The notes under the pieces are model-generated. The model worked only from the letters and a program-made list of their open reading frames with translations, had not been told where the DNA came from and made no database searches. This document shows, piece after piece, positions 17,848-29,781 of a DNA stretch of 64,000 nt. Positions within the stretch are counted from its first letter, which is position 1. Each line of letters starts with the position of its first letter. Where the stretch lies: contig CBDAOY010000006.1 of the NCBI GenBank assembly GCA_965198225.1, positions 224,001-288,000 on the forward strand, read 5' to 3'. A program made the translations under genes and the position numbers. The DNA comes from Terriglobia bacterium (GTDB lineage: Bacteria > Acidobacteriota > Terriglobia > 20CM-2-55-15).

Positions 17848-20280
17848 CTACCTTATGATCAGGTTGAGGATCTTGTTGGGGACGTAGATCTTTTTCCGGA
17901 TCTCTTTGCCGTTGAGATGTCGGTTGACGGCCGCGTCCTCGAGGGCCGCCTCGACGACGGCCTCCTCTGCCGAATCCACCGCGACGGCGATCTTGCCTCG
18001 CATTCTTCCGTTGATCTGAACTGCGACCGTCACCGTGTCGAACGTGGTGTACGCCTCGTCCCAATCCGGCCACTTCTGCTCGAAGATAGAAGGCGCATGA
18101 CCGGTCCGCTCCCACAGTTCTTCGGCGAAGTGGGGCGCAAACGGGGACAGGACGGTGATGAAGGTCTCGACCGTCTGGCGGTCGGGTGGGGTGCCGAGGC
18201 GCTGCACCTCGTTGAGGAACTCCATCATTGCGCTGATCACCGTGTTGAGCCGGAACGAATCCAGACGCTCGGTGACTTTCTTCACGAGCAAGTGGCGCTC
18301 GGTGAGCATGTCATCGGACCCGGCCTCGGCCCAGTTCCCTTCGTGACCCAGCACCCATTTCCATGCCCGCTTCAGGAAGCGATGGACGCCGTCTATGCCC
18401 TTGTCGTTCCATTCCGCATCCATTTCGGGTGGGCCTACGAAGAGCTCGTACAACCGCAATGAATCACACCCGTAGCGTTCCACCAACTCGTCGGGATTGA
18501 CGACATTCCCCTTCGACTTCGACATTTTTTCCACGCGGCCGTTCGTGGCCAGCCGCGTGATCATGCCCTGGTTGAAGAGACGCGTGAACGGCTCCTGGAA
18601 ATCCACGACGCCGATGTCGTGGAGAAACATCGTGAAAAAGCGCGCGTAAAGCAGATGCAGGATCGCATGCTCGACGCCACCGACGTACATGTTCACGGGA
18701 AGCCATTGTTTTCCCGATTCGCCCAGCAACGTGTCTTGCTCGTAGGGGGATGTGTAGCGGAGAAAGTACCACGAGGACCCGGCCCACTGCGGCATCGTGT
18801 CGGTCTCCCGACGCCCCTCTCCGCCGCAGCCAGGACAGGGAACCCGGACCCAATCTTCGATCGCCGCCAGGGGCGACTGCCCGGTTCCGGTCGGTTCGTA
18901 GCGTTCGACGTCGGGAAGGCGTACCGGAAGATCGGCTTCGTCGACCGGGACTTCGCCGCATTCCTCGCAGTGTATGATCGGAATTGGCTCCCCCCAGTAT
19001 CGCTGGCGGGAATACACCCAGTCGCGGAGCTTGTATTGGACGGTTCCCTCCCCCAGTTCGTTTTCCTCGAGCCAGGCGATGACGGCGGAGCGACCGTCGG
19101 CGGAGTCCATGCCGGAAAACTGCCCGGATCGAACCATTCTCCCGCTACCCAGGTACGGCTCTTCGGCGACACCGGCCTCCGATGAGATGACCTCGCGGAT
19201 TTCCAGGTCGAACTTGCGGGCAAATTCGTAGTCCCGGTGGTCGTGCGCCGGCACCGCCATGATCGCTCCGGTCCCATACCCCATCAGGACGTAGTCGGCG
19301 ACCCAAATCGGGATCTCTTCCCCGTTGACCGGGTTTCTGGCATGAGCGCCGATGAACAGACCGGTTTTCTCCCGATCGCCGGTCCGGTCGATGTCAGATT
19401 GATTCCGGGCCCTCTCCACGTACTCCTCGACCTCAGCCAGCTTCTCCGGTGCCGTAAGCTCCGCGACAAGCGGATGTTCGGGGGCCAGCACCATGTAGGT
19501 CGCCCCGAACAGAGTGTCCGGCCGTGTCGTGAAGATTTCTACAGGGTGCTCCCGGCCATCGCGATCCACGGCCTTGAACGTGGCGGCAGCCCCTTCGGAT
19601 CTGCCGATCCAGTTTCGCTGCATCGTCTTGACCTTGTCGGGCCACTCGAGCCCGTCCAGTCCTGCCAGCAGTCGTTCGGCGTACACGGTGATCCGCAGCA
19701 TCCACTGCTGCATATCCTTCTTGGTGACTGCCGTCCCGCACCGTTCGCACTCACCGCCGACGACCTCTTCGTTGGCCAAGCCGGTCTTGCAGCTCGGGCA
19801 CCAGTTGATCGGCATCGCCGCCCGGTAGGCCAATCCTGCCTTGAACATCTTCACGAAGATCCACTGCGTCCAGCGGTAGTAGTCGGGGTCGGTCGTGTTG
19901 ATCTCGCGAGACCAGTCATACATCGGGCTCATCTCGATCAGCTGTCGCTTGAAGTTCTCGATGTTTCGTCTCGTGTTGGTCTCGGGATGGATGCCTTTCT
20001 GGATGGCGTCGTTCTCCGCCGGCAGACCGAACGCGTCCCATCCCATCGGATGAAGAACGTTGTAACCGCCCAGCAGTTTGTACCGGGACCAGGCGTCCGG
20101 GAGCACGTAACTGCGCCAGTGACCGACGTGCAGACCCGAACCGGAAGGGTACGGGAACATGTCGAGGCAGTAGTACTTCGGGCGCGGATCATCGTCGCTG
20201 GCTTCATAGAGACGTGCTTCTGCCCAGTACTTCCGCCACTTCTCCTCGATTTTCTTGAAACGATACCCTTCGTCGGTCAT
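17848..20280 (-). CDS. leuS: Leucine--tRNA ligase
   Basis: MFPYPSGSGLHVGH, FTTRPDTLFG, GTGAIMAVPAHD, SRQRYWG, KMSKS. Confidence 0.98.
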   Translation of the reverse strand: MTDEGYRFKKIEEKWRKYWAEARLYEASDDDPRPKYYCLDMFPYPSGSGLHVGHWRSYVLPDAWSRYKLLGGYNVLHPMGWDAFGLPAENDAIQKGIHPETNTRRNIENFKRQLIEMSPMYDWSREINTTDPDYYRWTQWIFVKMFKAGLAYRAAMPINWCPSCKTGLANEEVVGGECERCGTAVTKKDMQQWMLRITVYAERLLAGLDGLEWPDKVKTMQRNWIGRSEGAAATFKAVDRDGREHPVEIFTTRPDTLFGATYMVLAPEHPLVAELTAPEKLAEVEEYVERARNQSDIDRTGDREKTGLFIGAHARNPVNGEEIPIWVADYVLMGYGTGAIMAVPAHDHRDYEFARKFDLEIREVISSEAGVAEEPYLGSGRMVRSGQFSGMDSADGRSAVIAWLEENELGEGTVQYKLRDWVYSRQRYWGEPIPIIHCEECGEVPVDEADLPVRLPDVERYEPTGTGQSPLAAIEDWVRVPCPGCGGEGRRETDTMPQWAGSSWYFLRYTSPYEQDTLLGESGKQWLPVNMYVGGVEHAILHLLYARFFTMFLHDIGVVDFQEPFTRLFNQGMITRLATNGRVEKMSKSKGNVVNPDELVERYGCDSLRLYELFVGPPEMDAEWNDKGIDGVHRFLKRAWKWVLGHEGNWAEAGSDDMLTERHLLVKKVTERLDSFRLNTVISAMMEFLNEVQRLGTPPDRQTVETFITVLSPFAPHFAEELWERTGHAPSIFEQKWPDWDEAYTTFDTVTVAVQINGRMRGKIAVAVDSAEEAVVEAALEDAAVNRHLNGKEIRKKIYVPNKILNLIIR

Positions 20281-20427
20281 GGAATCAGCTATCAGCTCAA
20301 TCGGACGCGACTATCGTCGCATTCCCGAAATAGCTCCTCGGGTACTGCGCCGTAGTTTGTCCGGCGCTGGTGACTGTGCTGCCGGGGCCCCGTCCGTTGC
20401 TGAGAGCTGAAAGCTGTTGCTGACAGC

Positions 20428-20452
20428 ACGCTTGATCTTGAAGATCAAGCGT
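20428..20452. repeat. ACGCTTGATC...GATCAAGCGT palindrome
   Basis: Same arms at 24019-24072; both next to heptamer runs at 3' ends of minus-strand genes. Confidence 0.6.
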
Positions 20453-20861
20453 CAGCTCCGTCGACCCATCTCACGAGATTATCTTCGGCATCCATCGCCT
20501 CATTCGCCAAACGGTCCGAATCCTTGTTGGCTTCCCGGCGGACGTGTACGATCGAAAAATCCGGTATCAGAGCGATCCAGCGTTGCGCCGCCTCGTACAG
20601 GGGCTTGATGTTCTCATTGCGGACTTTGTAGGCCCCGTTGATCTGTTTGACGACCAGCTCGGAATCCGAGAAAACCCTCAGCCTGCTCGAACGTCGGGCA
20701 ACGGCAAACCGCAGGGCGAGAACCAGAGCCGAATACTCGGCAAAGTTGTTGGTCTGACGGCCCAGGTACTCGGCGATTTCGACAACTCCAGGAAAGTACA
20801 CTCCTACGCCGGCAGGTCCGGGATTTCCTCGGGACCCACCGTCGATGTATACCTCCGTCAT
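20445..20861 (-). CDS. rnhA: Ribonuclease HI family protein
   Basis: YIDGGSRGNPGPAG, TNNFAEY, SDSELVVKQ, HVRRE.N...DRLANEAMD. Confidence 0.92.
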   Translation of the reverse strand: MTEVYIDGGSRGNPGPAGVGVYFPGVVEIAEYLGRQTNNFAEYSALVLALRFAVARRSSRLRVFSDSELVVKQINGAYKVRNENIKPLYEAAQRWIALIPDFSIVHVRREANKDSDRLANEAMDAEDNLVRWVDGADA

Positions 20862-21592
20862 GCGACTTCGAACGGGTGGTCGAGATTCTCGGGATCGTAG
20901 AGTATGCGAGCGCAGCTGTCGCAGGTAATGATCTGGTCGTTCTTGCGAACTTCCTGGAACTTCTGAGGCCTCATTCGCACGTTGCAGAGTTCGCAGGCTT
21001 CGTCGCTGGCTTTCGAGAGGGCGACACCCCCGCGCGCCTTCCCGATACGCTCGTAACGCGACAAAACGTCCTCGGAGATGCCCTGCGCCAGAACCTTCCG
21101 CTCGGCAAGATAAGCTTCGAGGGCAGTCGTGTCGGCGGCATTGAACTCTTCCAAACGCCTGCGCTCAGCCTGGACGGTCTTTTCGTCTTCGGCAAGTCGC
21201 GCTTGGGCAGCCTTCACCTCTTCCTCCAGAGTTTCCAACTCGACCATCAGCGCCAGGATCTCGTCTTCCACGCTGCCGATCGACGTTTGGCCGTACTCGA
21301 TCTCCTTGATCATCGCCTTGTATTCCTCATTGGTCTTCACACTCATCAGCTGTTCCTTGTACTTCGAGATCTTGGACTCGACGTCGGCAACCTGAGCCTC
21401 AAGTTGCTTGCGCTTCGCCTGGTTGCGCCCGATGTCGTCCTTCGCCGTGGTCACTACCGCTTTGGCCGAACTCAGCTGATCGTCCAGAGCCTTGGACTTC
21501 CCCGGAAAAGCCTCGGTCTTCCGGCGCAGTTCCTGTATTTCCAGGTCGACGGCCTGAAGGCGGATGAGGTTCTTCAGGTCCGAGTTCATCAT
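20858..21592 (-). CDS. Coiled-coil protein with C4 zinc ribbon (DUF164-like)
   Basis: Long coiled coil followed by CELC...CDSCARILY. Confidence 0.9.
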   Translation of the reverse strand: MMNSDLKNLIRLQAVDLEIQELRRKTEAFPGKSKALDDQLSSAKAVVTTAKDDIGRNQAKRKQLEAQVADVESKISKYKEQLMSVKTNEEYKAMIKEIEYGQTSIGSVEDEILALMVELETLEEEVKAAQARLAEDEKTVQAERRRLEEFNAADTTALEAYLAERKVLAQGISEDVLSRYERIGKARGGVALSKASDEACELCNVRMRPQKFQEVRKNDQIITCDSCARILYDPENLDHPFEVA

Positions 21593-21611
21593 GTAACGTC
21601 GAGCCCTGAAG

Positions 21612-21786
21612 AAGTGGTCAGTGGCCAGCGGTCAGCGGTCAGCGAAGGGGTGTCTCGAAAGGATCGCGCCTTTCCTCGCGAAACGGAGTCCTCTTTGGTC
21701 GAAGAACAGACAGGTGCCAGTGGTGCGTACTCACACATGAGGCGGAAAACCGAAAACCGGCCACTGGTCACTGACCACTGGCCACT
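21612..21786. repeat. Heptamer-ended foldback (AGTGGTC/GGTCAGC ... GACCACT)
   Basis: agtggtcagtggccagcggtcagcggtcagc ... ccactggtcactgaccactggccact. Confidence 0.7.
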
Positions 21787-21793
21787 CAAAAAA

Positions 21794-21867
21794 TGGGCCC
21801 AGTAGGACTCGAACCTACGACAACCCGGTTATGAGCCGGGGGCTCTAACCGACTGAGCTATGGGCCC
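21794..21867 (-). tRNA. tRNA with CAT anticodon, most likely Ile2 (lysidine-modified)
   Basis: GGGCCCATAGCTCAGTCGGTTAGAGC-CCCGG-CTCATAA-CCGGG-...GGTTCGAGTCC...GGGCCCA; CCA not encoded; downstream of rpoD. Confidence 0.93.
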
Positions 21868-21893
21868 CAACCACCGATCGCTCGGAGGAATCC

Positions 21894-21995
21894 AGCCACG
21901 GATTACACGGATTTACCGGACCGAATGTCCTTCGATTGGCACAACTTCTTCCGTTCCGTGTAATCCGTGGCTATGTATTCCGCGTAATCCGTGTA
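21894..21995. repeat. Nonamer (ACACGGATT) foldback
   Basis: agccacggattacacggatt ... tccgtgtaatccgtggct; second copy at 32590-32691. Confidence 0.75.
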
Positions 21996-21996
21996 A

Positions 21997-23703
<1,707 letters not shown>

Positions 23704-24018
23704 GATCCTCCAGGTCGTATCTACTTCTTATAGTTGCGGTTAGACATGGAGCTCCAACCGGAACCGAACCCTCGCGGACGTGGCTTGTGGGATTTGGTGT
23801 GTTTTGAGGGCAGACGAAACCCTCCATGAGTTTCCCGCAAACTTATAGAATACGCCGGGACAGCTCATTTTCAAATAGTTAAGCATGTTAAAAGCTACCC
23901 AAAAAATATTTGAAATCTTGGGCTAGGCGATCAGCCGTCGGCTGTCAGCTATCGGCTCAATCGGATGGGACTATCGTCCCGCGAAGCAGCTGCAAGCTGC
24001 GCGCTGATCGCTGACCGC

Positions 24019-24072
24019 ACGCTTGATCCCTACAATCTGATAACAAAGTCCTCAACCTTGAGGATCAAGCGT
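24019..24072. repeat. ACGCTTGATCC...GGATCAAGCGT inverted repeat
   Basis: Arms shared with 20428-20452; abuts dnaG stop. Confidence 0.6.
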
Positions 24073-25782
24073 CTAGGGACGGATGGCCTTCAACCGCGAC
24101 TTTTCGGTAGCGATCGCCATCTGCTTTTCCAGAAGCTCAGCCGGTGCCGCACCCGGACCGTACTCTTTCAGCTTCTCGCGGATTTCCTTCTCCTTCTTGA
24201 CCAAGTGGTCCTGGTAGAGTTGGCCCATCGAAACAATGGCAACTTCCGGAGGAATCTGGCCGAAGGGTTCCAGGACGGCGGCCCGGACCTCCCGCTGGAG
24301 GTCCTCATCCCCTATACCCTCCAGGGCGTTCTCCACATCGGAAATGGGTTCTGCGATGAGTCGCTCAAGGAGAGGACCCGACCAGACCCCCTTCAGAAAG
24401 TCGTTCTCGAGAAAACGGCTAAGTGGCTCCGCTATGCCGGGGTCTTGAAGGAGAGCCTGGATAATCTGCTTCTCGGCCAGCGTCAGCCTGCGGCTTGCCG
24501 GACTAGCCGGCGAAACCGGAGGAACAGCTTTCCTACCGCCCCTCAGCTGTTCGAGTACCAATTCGTCGGGCAGCGAGAAGCCCTCCGCGATGGCCCTGGC
24601 CACTTCCAACTGGACGACCCGATCCGGAACGTGACTCGCGTATCCGGCAATCTCGGCAAGGACGCGCGACTTGAATTCGGGCCGGGACAGGTCGCCGCTG
24701 GCTCGGGCTTCGGAAATCAGATGCTCCCAGAAATAAGGCGCACCGTCGAGCTGCCGCCGGTACGCCTCGGCCCCTTCCTTCCGAACATAGTCGTCCGGGT
24801 CCAGGCCGCCAGGCAGACTGAGAATCCGGACGGTAAGGCCACGCTCGAGAAGCAACTCGATCGACCTCCTGGCGGCGCTCTGGCCGGCGGCGTCCGGATC
24901 GTAGTTGATAATGACTTCCGGCACGTAGCGTGACAGCACTGCAACCTGTTGCGAAGTAAGGCTGGTTCCGCAGGATGCCACGACGTTCTCGACCCCGTTC
25001 TGGTGAAGGCTCAGGCAGTCGAAGTATCCCTCGACGACAACCATTCGGCCGCTCTTCCGGGCCTGGCTTCGGGCCAGGTGTAGACCGTAGAGGACGAACG
25101 ATTTCGAATAGAGGGCCGATTCGGGTGAGTTCAAGTATTTCGGGTTTCCTTCGCCGACGATGCGTCCCCCGAAGGCAATCACTTTTCCCCGTTCGTTCCA
25201 GATCGGGAACATCAAACGACGGCGAAAGCGATCGTATGTCTCCCCGCGATCGTTCCGGATGAACAGGCCGGTCCTGACCGGATCCTTCGGGTGGAGAAGC
25301 TTCAGCAGGCCGGCCGGCGGCGCATACCCGAGCCCGAACCGCTCGATAAACTCGGGACGAATCTCCCGGCGCTCCAGAATCTGCCTGGCGGCAATGCCTT
25401 CCGGAGTATCGAGTTTCTTCCGGAAATACGCGCCGGCTTTTTCGTTCAGGTCCAGCAGCCACTCTCGTTCCCTCGAGGCGCGATCATCGCCCACGGAAAC
25501 CTTCGGTATCGGAACGCCGCACTTCTCGGCCACTATCCTTATGGATTCAGGGAAGGAAACCTGCTCGACCAGCATGACGAACTTGAATACGTCTCCCCCG
25601 ACCCCACAACCAAAACAATGGAAGATCTGCTTCTCACGATGGACCGAAAACGAGGGTGTTTTCTCCGAATGGAACGGGCACAGTCCCTTGAGGTTGTTCC
25701 CGCTGCCCTTGAGCGCCACGTAGTCGGACACCACGCGGGCGATATCGGCGGAGAACCGGATCGATTCGGCCAAGTTTTTCAT
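24073..25782 (-). CDS. dnaG: DNA primase
   Basis: CPFHSEKTPSF...HCFGC, DRFRRRLMFPI, KYLNSPE, VVEGYFD, DPDD. Confidence 0.97.
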   Translation of the reverse strand: MKNLAESIRFSADIARVVSDYVALKGSGNNLKGLCPFHSEKTPSFSVHREKQIFHCFGCGVGGDVFKFVMLVEQVSFPESIRIVAEKCGVPIPKVSVGDDRASREREWLLDLNEKAGAYFRKKLDTPEGIAARQILERREIRPEFIERFGLGYAPPAGLLKLLHPKDPVRTGLFIRNDRGETYDRFRRRLMFPIWNERGKVIAFGGRIVGEGNPKYLNSPESALYSKSFVLYGLHLARSQARKSGRMVVVEGYFDCLSLHQNGVENVVASCGTSLTSQQVAVLSRYVPEVIINYDPDAAGQSAARRSIELLLERGLTVRILSLPGGLDPDDYVRKEGAEAYRRQLDGAPYFWEHLISEARASGDLSRPEFKSRVLAEIAGYASHVPDRVVQLEVARAIAEGFSLPDELVLEQLRGGRKAVPPVSPASPASRRLTLAEKQIIQALLQDPGIAEPLSRFLENDFLKGVWSGPLLERLIAEPISDVENALEGIGDEDLQREVRAAVLEPFGQIPPEVAIVSMGQLYQDHLVKKEKEIREKLKEYGPGAAPAELLEKQMAIATEKSRLKAIRP

Positions 25783-25906
25783 CAGCGGATGGGAAGGAGC
25801 CTCAGCAAAAAAGAAAATCAAACAATTTATACTACCGGCCCGGGGAATCGCAACGAATAGGGAGATTTTCGTCCAGGGAAAGGCCCAAACAGGACCCGAC
25901 CGTTCT

Positions 25907-26014
25907 TTAGCGTCGGGCCCACCGTCCCCCTCTGACCCCAACGACGGCGTTCGACGACACACGCGCATTGCGGACGGCTAAGTAGAAAGACAGCTGGTCC
26001 GGTCCCCCCACGCC
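25907..26014 (-). repeat. 108-bp dispersed repeat
   Basis: Both ends match 9889-9996 in reverse complement; middle diverged; same length. Confidence 0.75.
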
Positions 26015-26101
26015 CGGAGCTTTCACCAGAGTCTTCGCTTGTTCCACAGGCCCGCCGTACCATTTTTCTGCGGTCTTTGGTTTCGCTTACGGTCCGTGAG
26101 A

Positions 26102-26147
26102 GAGCCAATGTGAGGGGGACAGGGGCCTGGCCCTGTCCCCGGGTGTT
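26102..26147 (+). repeat. 46-bp hairpin repeat (GGGGACAGGG-GCCTGG-CCCTGTCCCC)
   Basis: Near-identical copy (1 mismatch) at 43454-43499. Confidence 0.8.
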
Positions 26148-26172
26148 CGGTTGAGCAAAGAAGTGGGGGAAC

Positions 26173-28518
26173 TCAATCCTTCAACGTGACGATGACGGCG
26201 CCGCCTCCGCCTTGGCTTTGGGGGGCCGATTCGAACCGGGCGACATGAGGATGGCTCTCCAGGAATTCTGAGACGGCTTTGCGCAGCACGCCCCTGCCGA
26301 AGCCGTGGATGATGCGAACCGTCGGGGCTGCCGAAAGGAATGCGTCGTCGAGAAACTTGTCCAGGCGGGAGACGGCCTCTTCGGCCGTGCAACCGATCAG
26401 GTTGAGTTCGATCGACTCCAGATGTTTCTCCGAAAAGTCGAAGTGCACGCCCTCGGGAAGCTTGACGCCGGCCTCCTCGACGAGCTCGATGTCGCTTATC
26501 GGGCGACGGACCTTCATGTTGCCGAGGGTGACCTCGACTTCCCGTTTCAATACCCGCGACACGGGGCCGCTGACACCCAGCGACACGACACGCACACGAT
26601 CACCGGCTTCCGGCATCCTGGAAGCAGGACCCTCGGTCCGGGTGGCTACCTTCGATTGGTCCTCGGGGTGGAGTTCGCGGTGGATCTCCCAGCTGGCCCG
26701 GGCCCGGGCATCGGCGAGTTTGCGTTCGAACCGCTTCGCGGCTTCTTTGCTCGCCGTCGCGAGCTCCGCGGCGGCCCTCTCGCGAATGTCGGCAACGATC
26801 GAGTCCAGGCGCTCCTCGACCCGGTCGAGTTCGGCGCGGCGTTCCTCCTCGACTCGCCGGGTCATCTCTTCCTTCCAGGTCTGGAATTCGTTCCGATCGC
26901 TCTCGAGCTCGGACTTCTCCCGTTCCAGGTTCTCGATACGGGTCTTCAGTTCGTCGACATAACGCGCGGCCTGCAATTCGGCGTCGTCCAGCGATTCGCG
27001 GGCCTCGGCCAGCAACTGCCGGGGGAGACCGAACCGTTCGGCGATCTTCAACCCGCTGGACGACCCGGCAAGCCCATCGATGAGGTGATAGGTGGGTTCG
27101 AGAGTCTCTTCGTCGAACTCCATCGCCGCATTTCGGACGCCTTGACGGGTCTCGGCATACATCTTGAGACGGTTGTAGTGGGTGGACGCCAGCGTCAACG
27201 AACCGACGGTCCGGAAATGTTCCAGGACCGCTGTCGCCAGCGCGGCGCCTTCGGCGGGTTCGGTGCTGCTTCCGATCTCATCCAGCAGGATCAGCGAGCC
27301 GGCACTCGCGTGTTCAGCCATGTCTTTGATCGCAAGGACGTGGGCGGAAAAGGTGCTCAGCTGGTTCGTAATCGATTGCAGATCGCCGATGTCGGCCAGT
27401 ACGCGGTCCATGATCGGAAGCACCGCTTTTGCGGCAGGAAGCGGGATTCCCGACTGGGCCATCAACGACAGCATCCCCAGCGTTTTTAAGACGACCGTCT
27501 TGCCCCCTGCATTGGGACCGCTGATGACCAGGACCCGATCATCGCCATCCATGTCGAGGTTGAGGGGAACGGGCTTTCCATCCGGACGAAGATTGTCCTG
27601 GAGAAGGGGGTGCCGGGCTCCCTCCAGGCGCAGGCGCTTGTCCGAAAACGTCGGCGCCACGCAATCGAAATCCCTACCGAACCGGCAGCGTCCGAAAACG
27701 AGCTCCATCTCCGACCAGAGCTCTCTGGCAAAGTGGAGATCGTCGACCTGCTCCTGGATCCGATCCGTCAGCTCCCCGAGAATCCGTTGGATTTCGCGCT
27801 GCTGTTCCTCTTCAAGCCGAACGATCTCATTGTTCAGTTCCAGCGTGTCGAGCGGCTCCATGAACACCGTCGCGCCGCTGGAGGAGCTCCCATGCATGAT
27901 GCCGTCGAAGGTTCGTTTCTGCTCGGCGCGCACCGGAATCACGTAGCGGCCGTTCCGGATCGTGATGAGTCGATCCTGGAGTTGATCGGCGAACTCGGGG
28001 CTCTTGATCATGCCTTCCAGCTTGCGGTTCAGCCGGACCCGTGCCGTCTCCGCGGCGCGCCGGAGACGTTTCAGCGCCGGGCTGTAGTCTTCGTTGATCT
28101 CCCCGCTCCGAACGGCCCGACCGAGCAGGGAAGCGAGTTCCCGGAGGTCCGGAAACCTTCGGGCCTTGCCGGCCAGCAGCGGAAAGTCTCCGGCATCGCT
28201 CTTCCATCGTGTCCGGAAACCTTCAGCCTGCCCCAGGAAGTCCTGGAGCGCTTCCACCTCGGACACGTCCAGCGTCACGCCGCGAAGGTCGAGCTTTCCG
28301 ACCAGCGAACCCAGCAACGGAATGTCGGAAAACGAGACCCGGTGCTCGCGCAGATAATCCATCGCCTCGCGGTTCAGAGCATGCTGGGCTTCGAGGACTT
28401 CGCGGTCGCGGATGGGCTCCAACGCTGCAAGTAGTTCCAGTGCGCCCTCACCGGTGACATAACCACCCAGCAGCTGCTTGAGCCGATCGTATTCGAGCGC
28501 TCGGAGGGAGAAGTCCAT
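26173..28518 (-). CDS. mutS2: Endonuclease MutS2
   Basis: SSSGATVFMEP, SGPNAGGKT, LSTFSAH, LDEIGSST.P.EG, C-terminal Smr (IIHGFG.G.LR). Confidence 0.95.
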   Translation of the reverse strand: MDFSLRALEYDRLKQLLGGYVTGEGALELLAALEPIRDREVLEAQHALNREAMDYLREHRVSFSDIPLLGSLVGKLDLRGVTLDVSEVEALQDFLGQAEGFRTRWKSDAGDFPLLAGKARRFPDLRELASLLGRAVRSGEINEDYSPALKRLRRAAETARVRLNRKLEGMIKSPEFADQLQDRLITIRNGRYVIPVRAEQKRTFDGIMHGSSSSGATVFMEPLDTLELNNEIVRLEEEQQREIQRILGELTDRIQEQVDDLHFARELWSEMELVFGRCRFGRDFDCVAPTFSDKRLRLEGARHPLLQDNLRPDGKPVPLNLDMDGDDRVLVISGPNAGGKTVVLKTLGMLSLMAQSGIPLPAAKAVLPIMDRVLADIGDLQSITNQLSTFSAHVLAIKDMAEHASAGSLILLDEIGSSTEPAEGAALATAVLEHFRTVGSLTLASTHYNRLKMYAETRQGVRNAAMEFDEETLEPTYHLIDGLAGSSSGLKIAERFGLPRQLLAEARESLDDAELQAARYVDELKTRIENLEREKSELESDRNEFQTWKEEMTRRVEEERRAELDRVEERLDSIVADIRERAAAELATASKEAAKRFERKLADARARASWEIHRELHPEDQSKVATRTEGPASRMPEAGDRVRVVSLGVSGPVSRVLKREVEVTLGNMKVRRPISDIELVEEAGVKLPEGVHFDFSEKHLESIELNLIGCTAEEAVSRLDKFLDDAFLSAAPTVRIIHGFGRGVLRKAVSEFLESHPHVARFESAPQSQGGGGAVIVTLKD

Positions 28519-28526
28519 CTCTAGCC

Positions 28527-29273
28527 TCAAAGGCGATTGATGAGGCTGGCAACAACACCGGCCCCGTAGCCGTTGTCGATGTTGACGACGCTGACGTTGG
28601 AGGCGCACGAGTTGAGCATACCCAGCAGGGCGGCGACCCCTTTGAAGCTTGCGCCGTAACCGACGCTGGTCGGGACGGCGATCACGGGCACCGCAACGAG
28701 ACCGCCAACGACGCTGGGGAGGGCGCCCTCCATACCGGCGACCACCACGATGACGCGCGCTTCGGTCAAACGCGGCTGACGATCCAGCAGCCGGTGCAGA
28801 CCTGCCACACCGACGTCATAGAGCGCATCGGTGTGGTTTCCCATCACCTCCAGCGTCACGGCGGCCTCTTCGGCGACAGGGATGTCGGAAGTTCCGGCCG
28901 AGATGATCATCGCCGTGCCCTTCCCAAGCACGGTCGGATCCTTGATGACGGAAATGGCACGCGACCGCTCGTGGAAGCGGGCGTGGGTATCCAGTTCCCG
29001 AACGCGTTCGTAAGCGGACGGTTTGCTTCTCGTCACGAGGATGTTGTGCCCGCTCTCCAGCATCGAAGCGACGATGCCGTGGACTTCATCGTCGGTCTTG
29101 CCTTCGCCGAACACGACCTCCGGATAGCCCTGACGCAGAGACCGGTGGTGATCGACATTGGCAAAAGTGAGGTCTTCAAACGGAAGAACCCTCAGCCGTC
29201 CCAGAGCACCCTCGGTGGAAATGGATCCGCTCTTATGCTCGTCCAGAACCCGTTTGATTTGGTCTTCAGTCAT
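28527..29273 (-). CDS. larB: Nickel pincer cofactor biosynthesis protein LarB
   Basis: [56 protein letters not shown]. Confidence 0.93.
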   Translation of the reverse strand: MTEDQIKRVLDEHKSGSISTEGALGRLRVLPFEDLTFANVDHHRSLRQGYPEVVFGEGKTDDEVHGIVASMLESGHNILVTRSKPSAYERVRELDTHARFHERSRAISVIKDPTVLGKGTAMIISAGTSDIPVAEEAAVTLEVMGNHTDALYDVGVAGLHRLLDRQPRLTEARVIVVVAGMEGALPSVVGGLVAVPVIAVPTSVGYGASFKGVAALLGMLNSCASNVSVVNIDNGYGAGVVASLINRL

Positions 29274-29285
29274 TTGGGATGGGGA

Positions 29286-29384
29286 AGTAGTCAGTAGTCA
29301 GTAGTCAGTTAGATGATGATGCCACGGTTCGCGTTCCGACTCGTCACTTGTCACTGACCACTTCTTACTTGTCACCAGTCACTT
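29286..29384. repeat. Heptamer foldback (AGTAGTC x3 ... TCACTTG runs)
   Basis: agtagtcagtagtcagtagtcagt ... cacttgtcactgaccact. Confidence 0.6.
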
Positions 29385-29485
29385 GCTCCGATGACAAAGT
29401 ATTCAATATAACCATGGAAGGGACAGAAATCAGAAAATTGTGGCGTTCAAAGCGACGGGGCGGCTATGTTGAACAATCGGCGTGT

Positions 29486-29761
29486 CTAGCAGCCCGTGGC
29501 AGAAGGCTGATGGTTCGCGCGCACGGGTCTTGCGAGGCGGAGACGAGGCGCGAGGAGGAACTGATGCGGTTTCATCATGACGACGAGCAACAAAGTATCC
29601 GACCGCAACCCCCGTGCGCCCGGAGGGTTACGGCGGCGTCACACCATCTGCGTTGTTGCCGCACCTCAACGATGTACCAGCATCGCCGTTGGCGCGGCGC
29701 CTAACATCTGGCGCAACGCCGCCGTAACGCGAGCCATCAGCCTTCTGCCACGGGCTGTTTG
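29486..29761. mobile_element. MITE-like 276-bp foldback element, type-A ends
   Basis: CTAGCAGCCCGTGGCAGAAGGCTGATGG ... CCATCAGCCTTCTGCCACGGGCTG. Confidence 0.85.
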
Positions 29762-29781
29762 AGCCCGGCGGAGAAGAAGCT

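Noticed and set aside
20281-20444. RNase P RNA downstream of the zinc-ribbon/RNase H genes
   Set aside because: The spacer is only ~160 bp and lacks the GAGGAAAGTCC signature.
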